A program made the position numbers and the translations under genes. This document shows, in pieces, positions 8,744 to 19,162 of a stretch of 64,000 bases of DNA. Positions within the stretch are counted from its first letter, which is position 1. Each line of letters opens with the position of its first letter. Origin of the DNA: a virus. The stretch spans positions 9,421 through 73,420 of IMG/VR virus record IMGVR_UViG_3300025120_014381. One strand, 5' to 3'. Below the pieces are notes generated by a model, which saw only the letters and a program-made list of their open reading frames with translations, was not told the DNA's origin and ran no database searches.

Positions 8744-9151
8744 TTACTGTACAGTAATTGTTTTTGTTTCTGGTTTACGCTCTTGTAACAAAGGTACAGT
8801 GATCTGTAAAATACCTGCGTTATAAGCTGCATCGATACCATCAACGTTTACACCCTGAGGTAAATTCCAAGAGCGCTCAAAGGATGCATACTGAACAAAC
8901 TCTTGTTGTACGTACTTTGTACGTTGTGACTCATTTAAATGTCCTTGAACACTGAGTACATTGTTTTTAATGTCAATTTTAAAATCGTTCCTTGCAAATC
9001 CTGGAACATATAAATAAAAATTAAAACCACCATCATCAGCTTGAGAAATGTTGCACTGTGGGTATACGTTTTTCGCAGTACGCCTTGACTTGAGCCCTGA
9101 CATGTCATTAATAAATTTATCATCAAAAAAATCATTTATAAAATACTTCAA
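8744..9151 (-). CDS. Small heat-shock protein (Hsp20/alpha-crystallin)
   Basis: VPGFARNDFKIDIKNNVLSVQG, FERSWNLP, AAYNAGILQITVP. Confidence 0.9.
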   Translation of the reverse strand: MKYFINDFFDDKFINDMSGLKSRRTAKNVYPQCNISQADDGGFNFYLYVPGFARNDFKIDIKNNVLSVQGHLNESQRTKYVQQEFVQYASFERSWNLPQGVNVDGIDAAYNAGILQITVPLLQERKPETKTITVQ

Positions 9152-9208
9152 ATTATCCTCCTCTGTTAGTCATGAAGTTAATACTAGCGTATACTAGCTA
9201 GTGTATTA

Positions 9209-9237
9209 ATAATAATCACAGTTTTTTATATTTACAC
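9209..9237 (-). promoter_or_regulatory. Promoter GTGTAA-N17-TATTAT upstream of hsp20
   Basis: -35 9232-9237, -10 9209-9214. Confidence 0.55.
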
Positions 9238-9253
9238 CCCTTTTTTAAAAAAA

Positions 9254-9592
9254 TTAAAAAATAAGTTTCTTGCCTTTCATTGTTATGTTTCTCTTGTTGA
9301 AAGATTGCACAGCAACAGTTTTTACGCCTGGTAATTTCTTCACCAAGTTCGATACATTCTTTAAACTCTGATATATTTCGTCAGACTGTGGTAAATATTT
9401 TATACTCAGTGGTAACAGGCCGTCGCCGTCTGAGAAACGTGCAACTTTATCTTTTTGGCCAACAACAGCGATACCAGGAAGAATTCTAATCCGCGTCATC
9501 AAATCAGGTACGTGAACTTCATTTTCTATCTTAAGTGTGACCACAGCTGTCGCTAGTTTTCTCTTTAATTTATAGTTAGTTGCATTTGACAT
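9254..9592 (-). CDS. Hypothetical protein (ACT/ferredoxin-like alternating pattern)
   Basis: IRILPGIAVV and VKKLPGVKTV internal repeat. Confidence 0.5.
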   Translation of the reverse strand: MSNATNYKLKRKLATAVVTLKIENEVHVPDLMTRIRILPGIAVVGQKDKVARFSDGDGLLPLSIKYLPQSDEIYQSLKNVSNLVKKLPGVKTVAVQSFNKRNITMKGKKLIF

Positions 9593-9625
9593 GTGAACTC
9601 CGAACTATTAATAACTATATAATAA

Positions 9626-11224
9626 TTAATCATTTTGCTCAGTATTTACTTCAATCATTGAACAATCAGCCATTAATAACATTGTTGCAGCAGAAACAGC
9701 ATTCTCTATAGCACATCGTGATACTTTTGCAGGATCAAGTACACCCAATTCAAACATGTCACCAAATTTCTTATTACGTACGTCATAACCAAAACCAACC
9801 TCTGTTTCTTTCAGTTCGTTTAAGACTTTATGATGTGACAAACCAGCGTTATCTAGTATCTGTCTAAAGGGTGTTAAACACGCTTCTATTAACAAGCGAT
9901 ATCCGGAAATAAAGCTTTTATCATGTTTAGATATATCATGATCACCTAGCTCTTGTGCTAATCTATACAAGGCAATCCCCCCACCCGGAAGTACTCCTTC
10001 TTCAAGTGCTGCACGTGTGGCATGCAGTGCGTCATCTACCCGATCGTAACGTTCAATTAATTCTGATTCTGTTGCAGCACCGACCCTAAGTATTGCGATA
10101 CCGCCTGATAATTGTTGTATTCGATATCGAAGCAATTCGCGTTCATTCTCACCTAACCCTGGATAGTTTAATTTTTCTCTAATAACATCCATTCGCGCTT
10201 GTGTCTCATCAGAACGTGATTCATCTTTTATTACTAATGTTTTACTCTTATGGATAATCATCTTTTTACATGTACCAAACATTTCCGGGTCAAAAGAAGT
10301 CATGTCAAATGCGCTATCTAACACCTTACCACCTACAATTGATTCTAGATCAAGTAACAAGTCGTGTCTTGCGCCACCAAAACCAGGTGATTTTATAGCT
10401 GCAACTCTGAGTGAACCTTTAACACGATTCAAAACTAATCCTTGCAGTGCGTCCCCGTCAACTTCATTAGCGACAACAATAATTGGTCTTCCCATTTCAA
10501 GCGCTACTTCTAAAGGTTTCATCAATTCACGAACTGAATTGAAGCTTCGGTCTGCCATGAGAATAAGGGGTTTTGAAAATTCAGCTGTCATTTTATTTTT
10601 GTCTGTTACGAAATACGGTGACAAAAAACCTCGCTCCATTTGGAAGCCGTCTACGACTTGCAAAGAGCTACTAAACCCTTTTGCTTCTTCAACAATGACA
10701 TGCCCATCTGGTCCGGCAGCTTCTATCGCTTTAACAATAAGCTTTGCTACTTCTTTCTCACCATTCGCTGATATTGTTGCCACTTTAAGTAAGTCACTAG
10801 TGTCACTCACTTCCTGTGAGGTATTTTTAATTGACTCAATTAAAATATTTCTTGCATAATCAATACCTTCTTTTATTTGCATCACATCAAAACCAGCTAT
10901 TTTATATTTTAACCCTTCATTATAGATGAACTGAGCTAATACTGTTGCTGTTGTCGTACCGTCACCAGCTTCATCAGCAGTCCGACTAGCTGATTCTTTT
11001 ATAATTTGTGCCCCTAAATTCTCAACTTCGTCTACTAGATTAACTGCTTGCGCAACTGTTACGCCGTCTTTTGTGACAATTGGATGTTGGCCGGGACGAT
11101 GTATTAAAACTAACTTGCCCTTTGGTCCCATAGTTACTTTAACTGCGTTAGCTAGCTTATTAATGCCTTTTTGAAGTTTTGAATCTAATTCTTGACCAGA
11201 ATATATTTCGCGCTTAATTTCCAT
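9626..11224 (-). CDS. groEL: Chaperonin GroEL (phage-encoded)
   Basis: AVKVTMGPKG, VTKDGVTVA, AGDGTTTATVLA, DDALHATRAALEEGVLPGGG, GVLDPAKV. Confidence 0.95.
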   Translation of the reverse strand: MEIKREIYSGQELDSKLQKGINKLANAVKVTMGPKGKLVLIHRPGQHPIVTKDGVTVAQAVNLVDEVENLGAQIIKESASRTADEAGDGTTTATVLAQFIYNEGLKYKIAGFDVMQIKEGIDYARNILIESIKNTSQEVSDTSDLLKVATISANGEKEVAKLIVKAIEAAGPDGHVIVEEAKGFSSSLQVVDGFQMERGFLSPYFVTDKNKMTAEFSKPLILMADRSFNSVRELMKPLEVALEMGRPIIVVANEVDGDALQGLVLNRVKGSLRVAAIKSPGFGGARHDLLLDLESIVGGKVLDSAFDMTSFDPEMFGTCKKMIIHKSKTLVIKDESRSDETQARMDVIREKLNYPGLGENERELLRYRIQQLSGGIAILRVGAATESELIERYDRVDDALHATRAALEEGVLPGGGIALYRLAQELGDHDISKHDKSFISGYRLLIEACLTPFRQILDNAGLSHHKVLNELKETEVGFGYDVRNKKFGDMFELGVLDPAKVSRCAIENAVSAATMLLMADCSMIEVNTEQND

Positions 11225-11225
11225 A

Positions 11226-11435
11226 TTACCCCTTTAATAACCCCCTACCGGCACCGGGAGGTCTTTGTCCTTTTGCTAAACTCTCTACGAGTGATTGTTC
11301 GATTTGTACAATTCTACGTTGCTGCGTTTCAACGTTAATTGCCACAAACAAATCGCCTTCTTTTTTTAATACTTCATTTAAAGAAATTTTATTCATCTGG
11401 CGTAGTGCCATTTGTACGTTGTCATCTAAATACAT
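11226..11435 (-). CDS. Hypothetical protein
   Basis: Short ORF directly upstream of groEL; no GroES signature recognised. Confidence 0.55.
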   Translation of the reverse strand: MYLDDNVQMALRQMNKISLNEVLKKEGDLFVAINVETQQRRIVQIEQSLVESLAKGQRPPGAGRGLLKG

Positions 11436-12232
11436 TATAATCCTCCGAATGTCTTTACATACTTATTCCAAGTTTTCTCTTTTAACATTGACTGAAAATC
11501 CATATCGTCAAATATATCATATAATTGTTCAAAATCAGAAACACCTTCATGCTTCTCCATGTCAGAAAGCTTGTCAGAGAAATCCACCAAGCGTATTAGA
11601 TTAACATTTCTTTCAAATACCTGTTGTCTAATAGGGTCTTTTTTTAAGTACTCAGAAAGCAATTCTGGAGAACGTACCAGCTTGTCTGCAGTTTTATCTC
11701 CGCAACCTGGAATGCCGGAAATGTTATCTGTTGGATCGCCTCTCAGTGATTTCCAAGTGACATAGTCGTAGTCAGGGGTTTCAATCATTTTCTTTTTAAC
11801 TGGATTGTAAATTTCGCAATTATCAAAAGCATTTAACAATTGATAAAAATCAGAATCAGAAGATATAATCGTACAGTCGTCACCTTTGTCGCAGTGAACT
11901 TTTACTAAGGTTGCAATCGTATCATCACATTCTAAGTTTGGATGTCTGACTGATGTAAAGGGTAAACACTCCTTAACAATACTAATGATCTGCGCTTTTT
12001 GCTCATGAAAGTGTCTGTCTTTATTTTCACGGTTTGCTTTGTAGGCATCGTTTAGCTGTGTCCTAAACTGTGGGTTGCCTTCTAACACAAAATAAACTAA
12101 GTCTGGTTTAAATTTTTCCACAAGAGGTCTTACACCTCTAAAGAAATTATAAACTACTGGGTAGTCTCCTTTCATGTAACCACTTCTTGCTCTGTATATG
12201 AGATTGTATGCGTCTAGTAACAAGACATTCAT
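11435..12232 (-). CDS. 5'-3' exonuclease / flap endonuclease (PolI N-terminal / T4 RNase H-like)
   Basis: LLLDAYNLIYRA, YKANR, ECDDTIA, SSDSDFYQL, LRGDPTDNISGIPGCGDKTA. Confidence 0.9.
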   Translation of the reverse strand: MNVLLLDAYNLIYRARSGYMKGDYPVVYNFFRGVRPLVEKFKPDLVYFVLEGNPQFRTQLNDAYKANRENKDRHFHEQKAQIISIVKECLPFTSVRHPNLECDDTIATLVKVHCDKGDDCTIISSDSDFYQLLNAFDNCEIYNPVKKKMIETPDYDYVTWKSLRGDPTDNISGIPGCGDKTADKLVRSPELLSEYLKKDPIRQQVFERNVNLIRLVDFSDKLSDMEKHEGVSDFEQLYDIFDDMDFQSMLKEKTWNKYVKTFGGL

Positions 12233-12711
12233 TGAGGTGCTCCTGCATTGTTGATTTGTTCCATGTTGATTTTGCCAAATTTTCCATTGCCAAGATCTAC
12301 TCTTATTATACCATCATCATCAAGCGGTTGCACTTCTTGTTCTTTTAATTCATTTTTGCCCTCTAAAACAAATTGAGCTTGTTCTGCAGGTTCTTCATAG
12401 ACAGGTGTGTCGTACAATGAAGTATTAAAGATGTTAATTGACATTTCTTCTGCTAAGGTTACCATCTGTTCGATAGCATCTTTTGCATTGTTAATCATAT
12501 AACTTTTTACTTCATCTTTTGAATTAAATAGTTCACCCTTTATTTTTTTAATGTCAGCTGTTGTACCTTTTTTGTCAGGAAACTTAACAATATATGTTTT
12601 TTCTTTTCCTTCTAGCGTTGTTCTAATTACTTCTTCGACAACTTGAATGGGTACTACTTTACTAGCGTCTGCTATTAAAAATAAAATCTGTCCAACTTGG
12701 TATTGTTGCAT
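12229..12711 (-). CDS. Hypothetical protein
   Basis: GGAGG RBS; first gene after promoter TTATAA-N17-TAAAAT. Confidence 0.6.
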   Translation of the reverse strand: MQQYQVGQILFLIADASKVVPIQVVEEVIRTTLEGKEKTYIVKFPDKKGTTADIKKIKGELFNSKDEVKSYMINNAKDAIEQMVTLAEEMSINIFNTSLYDTPVYEEPAEQAQFVLEGKNELKEQEVQPLDDDGIIRVDLGNGKFGKINMEQINNAGAPQ

Positions 12712-12730
12712 ATAACCTCCGTTTGGTTAT

Positions 12731-12759
12731 ATTTTAACAAATATTGGACAGATTTATAA
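12731..12759 (-). promoter_or_regulatory. Promoter TTATAA-N17-TAAAAT
   Basis: -35 12754-12759, -10 12731-12736. Confidence 0.5.
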
Positions 12760-12783
12760 TTGTTTTATGTGAAAATTTAAGTT

Positions 12784-13293
12784 TTAGTATCTTCTAAAAC
12801 CTAATCCTGGTAACATGTTGCCTTGGTGTGAATAACCTTTCTTACTTCTTCGCGGCTTGTTGTTACCATAGATCCAATCACTAGTAAGATTCATTTCTTC
12901 CATCACGTTCGCAACTTCTTCATCAATTACTTTTTTGAGTTGTGATTCAAAAATTCTTCTCTTTCTATCTTCTCTAGACTCTCTCAAGGGACGTCTTCTT
13001 TTGCTTTCCATAATTCTCTTGGCGCGCCTAAGTTCTTGCACCAACATTGCTTCGTCTACATCTAGAACTTCATCAGCATCATCCATTTCATACATATCTT
13101 CATCAACATCGTCCATCTCGTCCATGCCTTCCATGCCTTCCATGCCTTCCATGCCTTCTTCGGTATCTTCCATTTCATACATACCTTCATCAGCATCATC
13201 ATGATTAGCACCTTCATTTAAACGGCCACCAGATCTGTTACTATTTGTTGGCAAACCTGCTAGTTTGCTTATTCTATCAAAATCAATACGCAT
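12784..13293 (-). CDS. Acidic probable internal head/scaffold-like protein
   Basis: RISKLAGL N-terminus, D/E-rich low complexity, LNE/LRE sites, ESQLKKVIDEEV. Confidence 0.5.
   Translation of the reverse strand: MRIDFDRISKLAGLPTNSNRSGGRLNEGANHDDADEGMYEMEDTEEGMEGMEGMEGMDEMDDVDEDMYEMDDADEVLDVDEAMLVQELRRAKRIMESKRRRPLRESREDRKRRIFESQLKKVIDEEVANVMEEMNLTSDWIYGNNKPRRSKKGYSHQGNMLPGLGFRRY
13121..13158. repeat. 9-bp tandem repeat x4 (EGM)n
   Basis: ccatgcctt x4. Confidence 0.9.
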
Positions 13294-13349
13294 AATGTAT
13301 CCTCCACATGTATTTAAATATCACGTGTAAACTGTATTTTTAAAATATT

Positions 13350-13706
13350 TTATCTTGTTTGCAAATTTTTTCTAACGTTTTCTGTAATTTTCGTGCCGGC
13401 TGCTGCTGCAGTTTTTAGAGGTTGTAAACCTAACACACTGCGTACTTCATCATAAAGTGCCGGTTGAAGACCGCTTTTCAAAACAAGCATGTCAGCATAC
13501 TGATGTAGATCCATTTCCATGATAGGCACTGGGTCTCCGTTTTCGTTAGGTTCAAACTCACCAGTATCTCTACTCTCAAACACAAATAAAATTTTAGGCA
13601 TAACTTCATCCTTAGGGACCATGATAAAAGGAAGGTTGCTTGTTGCACCGTCTTCTGATTCTTCATACATGATTTCAGGTATCCAGTTTTTATTTTTTAT
13701 ACTCAT
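13350..13706 (-). CDS. Hypothetical protein
   Basis: ORF with GGAG RBS. Confidence 0.6.
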   Translation of the reverse strand: MSIKNKNWIPEIMYEESEDGATSNLPFIMVPKDEVMPKILFVFESRDTGEFEPNENGDPVPIMEMDLHQYADMLVLKSGLQPALYDEVRSVLGLQPLKTAAAAGTKITENVRKNLQTR

Positions 13707-13755
13707 TATATCTCCGTTTGTTGTATTTTACTTTAACAAAATAACAAGTAAAAAA

Positions 13756-14610
13756 TTAAAATAAACCTTGCTCATAACTATGTTGTATTAAATGTGTTGC
13801 GTATTGAATTAATTCACCAGTTTGTGACCTTATATCTCTGGAGTTTAGATATCTACCTAGTACATCTTTTTGAGTGTCGCTTAAACGAGTAGCTGACATG
13901 ACAGCACCGGGAGAAGGTGATCTTATTGCAGTAAGACGATTATTTAAATCAGCCGATTTTTGAGGTGTCACATTATCTAAATTACCTGCTAATAGGCTTA
14001 AAAATATTACCTGGTCGTGTGTAATCCCCCGATATGAAGAACTACCTGATATTCTAAGAATATCTGAATCCGACTCTGCAGGTAAGCGATCAATTCCTTC
14101 TCTTGCTAAAACTTGCCTTATGTTAGAAATAAAGAAAGGAGCTGTCGCGACAACCTCAGCAGATGTTTTCAGATCGGAACCCCCACCTTCATACCCGGAG
14201 CCCATACCGCCTTTTGATCGATCAAAGGGCAATCCTTCTTCGTGGACATTTTTGTACGCAATAAATGCAGTTTGAATCTCTCTTAATAAATCACATTTCC
14301 CTTTCATATTAAAAACTGGTATTAGTCCAAACATGTTTAAAAGAGGTAGTATGTCACCTGTAAATGCTCTGAAAACAGTTGGGCTCATCCAATTTGGCAA
14401 GTCCTCTTCTTTACTTCTAACAGTTCTAGAACTTTGAAAGAAAACTGTGAAGAACTCCAAAAACTCTTTATTAGGTTTAAAGTCGCACGATTGGGGTGCA
14501 AACATCTCACTAGACATTGCCAGATACTTAGCCTCAGTCAGATAATTTTGTGTTGTGGATTCTACAAACTCTTTAATTAAAACATTGAGTTCACCGCGCG
14601 TTAACTTCAC
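13756..14610 (-). CDS. Hypothetical protein with MKLTRGELNVLIKE leader (probable head-packaged)
   Basis: GTG start; leader shared with other ORFs. Confidence 0.55.
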   Translation of the reverse strand: MKLTRGELNVLIKEFVESTTQNYLTEAKYLAMSSEMFAPQSCDFKPNKEFLEFFTVFFQSSRTVRSKEEDLPNWMSPTVFRAFTGDILPLLNMFGLIPVFNMKGKCDLLREIQTAFIAYKNVHEEGLPFDRSKGGMGSGYEGGGSDLKTSAEVVATAPFFISNIRQVLAREGIDRLPAESDSDILRISGSSSYRGITHDQVIFLSLLAGNLDNVTPQKSADLNNRLTAIRSPSPGAVMSATRLSDTQKDVLGRYLNSRDIRSQTGELIQYATHLIQHSYEQGLF

Positions 14611-15285
14611 TTAGTACCTCTTCATTAAAAGCTTAACTTTTTTTCTAATTTTAGTTAAGTCCTGACTTTCATTTACTCTGATCGGCGGTGCGCTATCTTC
14701 ACCAGAAGACTGCGTCTTTGTTTTTTCTTGTGGTCGACTTTCCTTTTCAACCGAAGATTCACCCTCTTCACCAAAAGATATTTTAGCGTTAAAAGGTGGT
14801 TCACTTGGATCTACCGCGTCTTCAGCGTCTAAAGCGCCTTGGAGAATTTTTGACAACTCGCCTAAAAACAAATGTAGAATTTTTCTTTCATCATCATCCA
14901 GACGATCGTAATAACCTAATAACTCATCTTTAATTTCTTTATCTTTTGTTGACCGACCAGATCTTAGCGTGTTGATATCTTTTATTACGCTATCAAAGGA
15001 AACACCAAATGTCTCTGGATCTAAAGGTTCTTCTTTAGTTTCAGGTTCTTCTTTAGTTCCAGGTTCTTCTTTAGTTTCAGGTTCTTCTTTAGTTTCAGGT
15101 TCTTCCTCTTCTTGTTCTGATAAATTTACATTGTAAACAGCAGCGCTGTTTTCTAAGCTTTTAATATATCTTTCTTGCGCAATGTCAGTTGATTCATTTA
15201 ATTGCTTTCTTGATTTCGTAACTGCTTCTTCTGACACAATTTTTAAAAGTTGTAGCAGTTCGCCTTCTGAATTAACTTTAAACAT
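14611..15285 (-). CDS. Acidic hypothetical protein (probable internal head protein)
   Basis: LNE/LSE sites, EEPETK repeats. Confidence 0.55.
   Translation of the reverse strand: MFKVNSEGELLQLLKIVSEEAVTKSRKQLNESTDIAQERYIKSLENSAAVYNVNLSEQEEEEPETKEEPETKEEPGTKEEPETKEEPLDPETFGVSFDSVIKDINTLRSGRSTKDKEIKDELLGYYDRLDDDERKILHLFLGELSKILQGALDAEDAVDPSEPPFNAKISFGEEGESSVEKESRPQEKTKTQSSGEDSAPPIRVNESQDLTKIRKKVKLLMKRY
15025..15105. repeat. 18-bp tandem repeat x4.5 (EEPETK)
   Basis: aggttcttctttagtttc repeated. Confidence 0.9.
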
Positions 15286-15660
15286 TTAATAACTCCTTTT
15301 AAATATATCTATTTTGCATGTGACATAATTATCTTCATTATTAGTTTCTAATTCATTAATAATAAAAACACCACAATCTTGCATATAATGACAACCGCGG
15401 ATTGGAATAAAATAATTGACTTTTTTATTATGGATGTTGAAAATATATTTTAAGTCTTCATTATCTATAGCTGCTGTTATTTTGGTTACCTCGTCACAGA
15501 AATTAATTTTAACTAATTTGACTTTAAAGCTTTTTGTATCATCACTGTGAAATTGAATTGGGATTATTTCTTTTTCTTCAATAATCTTAATTGGACTTTC
15601 TGCTGCCAGATCTTCTTCTGTGATTACGTCTTTCAAACTTTCACTAACAAAAAAAGACAT
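15286..15660 (-). CDS. Hypothetical protein
   Basis: Operonic ORF. Confidence 0.55.
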   Translation of the reverse strand: MSFFVSESLKDVITEEDLAAESPIKIIEEKEIIPIQFHSDDTKSFKVKLVKINFCDEVTKITAAIDNEDLKYIFNIHNKKVNYFIPIRGCHYMQDCGVFIINELETNNEDNYVTCKIDIFKRSY

Positions 15661-15661
15661 G

Positions 15662-16084
15662 TTAAGCTCTGAATCGTATGACGTTTATGTCTTCAATTAT
15701 TTCATCTATTTTTTTGGACATGTCTAGATCACGATCAGTTACATCGTTTAAATCACGTGTGTATAAAGTAACAGTGACCTTTGTGTGATCGATCGTTATT
15801 TCTGGGTGATGATACATCTCTTCTGATAGATTTATTAATTCATTTATAAAATATGACAAAAATCTGACTGACTCGAAAGAGTATACTTTTTGCAAAGAAT
15901 TTTTTTCACTGGTGTTAATCTGGCACCACGAAAACGGCTCCGGGTCAATAGGTAAATCTTCTTCACCTTCTGGGTACCCTGTCCCTAAATGGCGCATCAT
16001 AGCTTTGCCGCTTTTTGTCATGTCAAACTCGTTGAGTGTTTGCTGCTGACGATTCTTCAATATGTTCTCTAACAACCTGCTCAT
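15662..16084 (-). CDS. Pterin-4-alpha-carbinolamine dehydratase-like protein with N-terminal extension
   Basis: SEEMYHHPEITIDHTKVTVTLYTRDLNDVTDRDLDMSKKID. Confidence 0.75.
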   Translation of the reverse strand: MSRLLENILKNRQQQTLNEFDMTKSGKAMMRHLGTGYPEGEEDLPIDPEPFSWCQINTSEKNSLQKVYSFESVRFLSYFINELINLSEEMYHHPEITIDHTKVTVTLYTRDLNDVTDRDLDMSKKIDEIIEDINVIRFRA

Positions 16085-16087
16085 TAC

Positions 16088-18727
16088 TTACCTCGTCTTA
16101 CGTTCTAGATCTCTATATACTTTTTCTTGTGCTGTTGCTTTGATTGCAGACTCAATAGCTTTCATTAGATTCGCTGGGTTGTCTGTAAGGTCGTCCACAG
16201 CATCTTCAATTGCATCCTTATATATTGCACCATCAAAATCTTGGAGTTTATCTAAGATCCCGTCTTGCCATACTTCTTCAGCATCAACAAGTACTTCAGC
16301 AAAAACTTCTGGTGTCAATCCAATGTCCATAAGTTTTTTAACAATCTTGCCTTTCTTAGTCGATGGTCCAGCTTCATAGTCAGGTTTTGTCTTGAGTCTT
16401 GTAAAGTACTCAGCAATACCACCCTTTTCAGTAATAGTATTTTTACTAACCTTACCTTCGCCGACTCTAGAAATTATAGCATCAGCAATTGCATCATTTA
16501 AATCTCCACGCATTGTGCTAAAGACAGCATCAACCGGCGCCATATTGACTTCTCTAAATACAAAACCGCCTACTAAGTAGAGTAAGTCATGGGCTGGGTG
16601 ATCTTTATTTGAAGATATATCTGTGTAAGTGTCACCTTGATTAAACAGCTTTTGGAGTGTTTCTAGTACAGGAACAATTTGCTCTTTAAGTGAATTTAAT
16701 ATCTCAACTGTACCTACATGCTGAACTTTATTTTTTGCGTTAACTGTCCTCTTTTTTACTTTATTGCCACCGCTTGCAACAAGCTTCTCATATTTTGGAA
16801 TTAGTTTTGCATTAACAACAACAAGCATCTGGTCTACTAGTACTTCCGCGTTGAAGTCCATCAGTGCTCCAACATTTGAAGGGTTGCCCTCAATATCAGT
16901 GAAAGACATCATTTCAAGTTTTGGTTGTATATCTTTTAAGAAATACTGACGCATTCCTGCACTTCCTGAGTATCCAAAGTAAGGTGCTAAATCTTGGAAG
17001 TCAACTGTTTTTCCTCGAACGTGTCGTGCAGCAAACTCTTCTAGTGCAGTCATGTAATCTTCTGACTGTATTTCATCAACTTCATCTGTTGATTCGTCTG
17101 ATATATCAATATCACTTGTTTCCGGTTCGACAACTCTTTGTGCTTCTTCTGCAAACTCAAATTGCATTGTTATAAAAGTTTCAATCTCACTCATGAGTTC
17201 TTCTTCATCTAACGATAATATAATATCAGCATCACGAATTACATACAATCCAGGATTTGATCGATCTTCAAGTGAAGATGTGACAACTGCAGTAAAGCCA
17301 TCAAGTATTTGTTCTTGGCTTTGCAAATCGACGTTATTGTGAAAATGAGTTCTATCTTTAAATTTGTTCTTCGTACCAGGAAGCTGGAGTGATTTTATAA
17401 ACGCAGCAAACAATCTATCGATAACATTTTTAATAACAGCATCATCTCCCTGTGCTGCAAATCTACTAGTGCCTCCATATCTTACGTATGATCCGGATAT
17501 GTCCTTTTTTAATTCCATGACAAATTCATTAAAAGGTTTGCCAGCAGCTGCTGCGTAATCTTGTAAGCTTCTTCGTAATCTAGGCTTTTTCTTAATTACT
17601 TTTTGCAAAGCCTCGCTTATAATTACAAAAAGCTTCATTTGAATTTCTTGAATCTTTGCTAGCTTTTTGCTTTGATTTTTCATCTTATTGATATACTGAA
17701 ACATTCTTCCTACATTTAAAGGAGTTAAAATTTCCTGGCTAGACAAACCAAACTCTTGGGTCACGGGTGTGATCATAGCACCAAATTCTTTTGCCATTTT
17801 TGGATCCATCATTAACGCAGTTGCTTCATTATGTATTTCTTTAAATACTTCCTGAAGACTAGCGCTAGCATCCATTGCTGCTTTTTCTTGTGGCGTTGCA
17901 TTATCATATGCTGATGTATTAATGTTTCCAGTTTCCGGATCGATGCTTGCCCCGCGTGATAAAAATTGTTGGAAACTATCAAAGATTGGCTTTCCTGTTC
18001 CTAGTTTTGTTTCGCCCGGGCGGGTTGGAAACAAAGGTCTATCATCATTAGGGTCTATATCTGTCCCAATGTCCATTTCATCTTCTCGAAGCGCTTGCAT
18101 GTAACCATTAATAAAATCTTGTGATCCCATGCTTAATTGTTGCGCTCGTTCCGCAGATGGATTAGCATCAGTTGTACCTGTGCGGTAGCCATCTAAATAA
18201 GCTTGTTTGTTCTCTGCACTTCCATAATCATCAGAAGCTTGCGCATCAATAGGTAAATTTTGTCTTTTTCTTACTGGTGCTGATTCCAAAATAATATTAA
18301 AATCTTTAATTGTCGTGTGTTTCGATATATTAAAAGATTCATTTATTGCATCCATACTTCTATCATCGTCTCTATCAAGTGCTTTATCTAAAAGCATGTG
18401 CAGCTGCCTATAAAAGTATTCAATTTGTGACACAGGCACTTCTTTGCAAATTAAAGTTGCAGAGCCACATAGTTCAGAAATTGTACCGGGGACAAAGTCT
18501 TCATCTTCCACAGGCATTTTTGGAACTGATAATTGGACTGCCATATGATCAGATACTTTAATCGGTGTGTCTTCTTCGTCTTCGTAAAATCCAAATGGAT
18601 CAGAGTTTGGAGACTGGATGTTAAAAGGATGAATCATCCTTCCTCCATGATCACCAGACGCTCTGTTTTCATTTAATCGATTTTTTAACAAATTAAATAA
18701 GACGCGTTTTTTAACTGCTACTTTCAT
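16088..18727 (-). CDS. Large hypothetical protein (probable head-packaged)
   Basis: 879 aa; leader VKKRVLFNLLKNRLNEN; ATAGTTA motif upstream. Confidence 0.6.
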   Translation of the reverse strand: MKVAVKKRVLFNLLKNRLNENRASGDHGGRMIHPFNIQSPNSDPFGFYEDEEDTPIKVSDHMAVQLSVPKMPVEDEDFVPGTISELCGSATLICKEVPVSQIEYFYRQLHMLLDKALDRDDDRSMDAINESFNISKHTTIKDFNIILESAPVRKRQNLPIDAQASDDYGSAENKQAYLDGYRTGTTDANPSAERAQQLSMGSQDFINGYMQALREDEMDIGTDIDPNDDRPLFPTRPGETKLGTGKPIFDSFQQFLSRGASIDPETGNINTSAYDNATPQEKAAMDASASLQEVFKEIHNEATALMMDPKMAKEFGAMITPVTQEFGLSSQEILTPLNVGRMFQYINKMKNQSKKLAKIQEIQMKLFVIISEALQKVIKKKPRLRRSLQDYAAAAGKPFNEFVMELKKDISGSYVRYGGTSRFAAQGDDAVIKNVIDRLFAAFIKSLQLPGTKNKFKDRTHFHNNVDLQSQEQILDGFTAVVTSSLEDRSNPGLYVIRDADIILSLDEEELMSEIETFITMQFEFAEEAQRVVEPETSDIDISDESTDEVDEIQSEDYMTALEEFAARHVRGKTVDFQDLAPYFGYSGSAGMRQYFLKDIQPKLEMMSFTDIEGNPSNVGALMDFNAEVLVDQMLVVVNAKLIPKYEKLVASGGNKVKKRTVNAKNKVQHVGTVEILNSLKEQIVPVLETLQKLFNQGDTYTDISSNKDHPAHDLLYLVGGFVFREVNMAPVDAVFSTMRGDLNDAIADAIISRVGEGKVSKNTITEKGGIAEYFTRLKTKPDYEAGPSTKKGKIVKKLMDIGLTPEVFAEVLVDAEEVWQDGILDKLQDFDGAIYKDAIEDAVDDLTDNPANLMKAIESAIKATAQEKVYRDLERKTR

Positions 18728-18766
18728 ACTAACCTCGCGTGATATGTATTAACTATTATGTAGATA

Positions 18767-19162
18767 CTAATTTTGATTGACAGAATACGTAATTCCTATA
18801 GTCGTTGCTGTCCCTAAAGCAAAACCACCAAAAAACGCTAACCTCTGGATCCAGTCTTTGCGTGCCTGTATTTTTATTTCTTCGTCACGAAGCTCAATCA
18901 TCTGCTTGTACATCGTTGTATTCGCTTCACATTTTGTGTAGTATAGATCATATTTAAGACTTAGTTCGTCAGACTTTCTTTGTAACTCAAATTCCTTGTC
19001 TAGATCCGCCTGCAGTAATTCTTTTTCGTGCGTTGAAATTATTTGTGCTAGAGCATCATGTGTCAATAACTTCCCAGTGAATGGTGCCTGGTCACCCTTG
19101 TCGACGTTTGCGTAATCAATATCGGCAGCCCAAATTGTACCGATTAAAGCTAATAAAAACAT
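18767..19162 (-). CDS. Envelope protein: signal peptide, coiled coil, C-terminal TM (spanin-like)
   Basis: MFLLALIGTIWAA...FFGGFALGTATTIGITY. Confidence 0.45.
   Translation of the reverse strand: MFLLALIGTIWAADIDYANVDKGDQAPFTGKLLTHDALAQIISTHEKELLQADLDKEFELQRKSDELSLKYDLYYTKCEANTTMYKQMIELRDEEIKIQARKDWIQRLAFFGGFALGTATTIGITYSVNQN

Noticed and set aside
9181-9206. ATACTAGC repeat/palindrome upstream of hsp20 as a CIRCE element
   Set aside because: Does not match TTAGCACTC-N9-GAGTGCTAA and is too short to call.
11226-11435. ORF upstream of groEL as GroES
   Set aside because: Lacks the PLxDRV and mobile-loop GGI signatures and is shorter than typical GroES.
12684-12755. 12-bp perfect inverted repeat AAATCTGTCCAA/TTGGACAGATTT spanning promoter and gene start
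   Set aside because: Single occurrence with a 48-nt gap; a rough estimate suggests about one such match is expected by chance in an AT-rich 64 kb window.
13121-15105. Short tandem repeats as a possible CRISPR array
   Set aside because: They are in-frame coding repeats (EGM, EEPETK) with no spacers.
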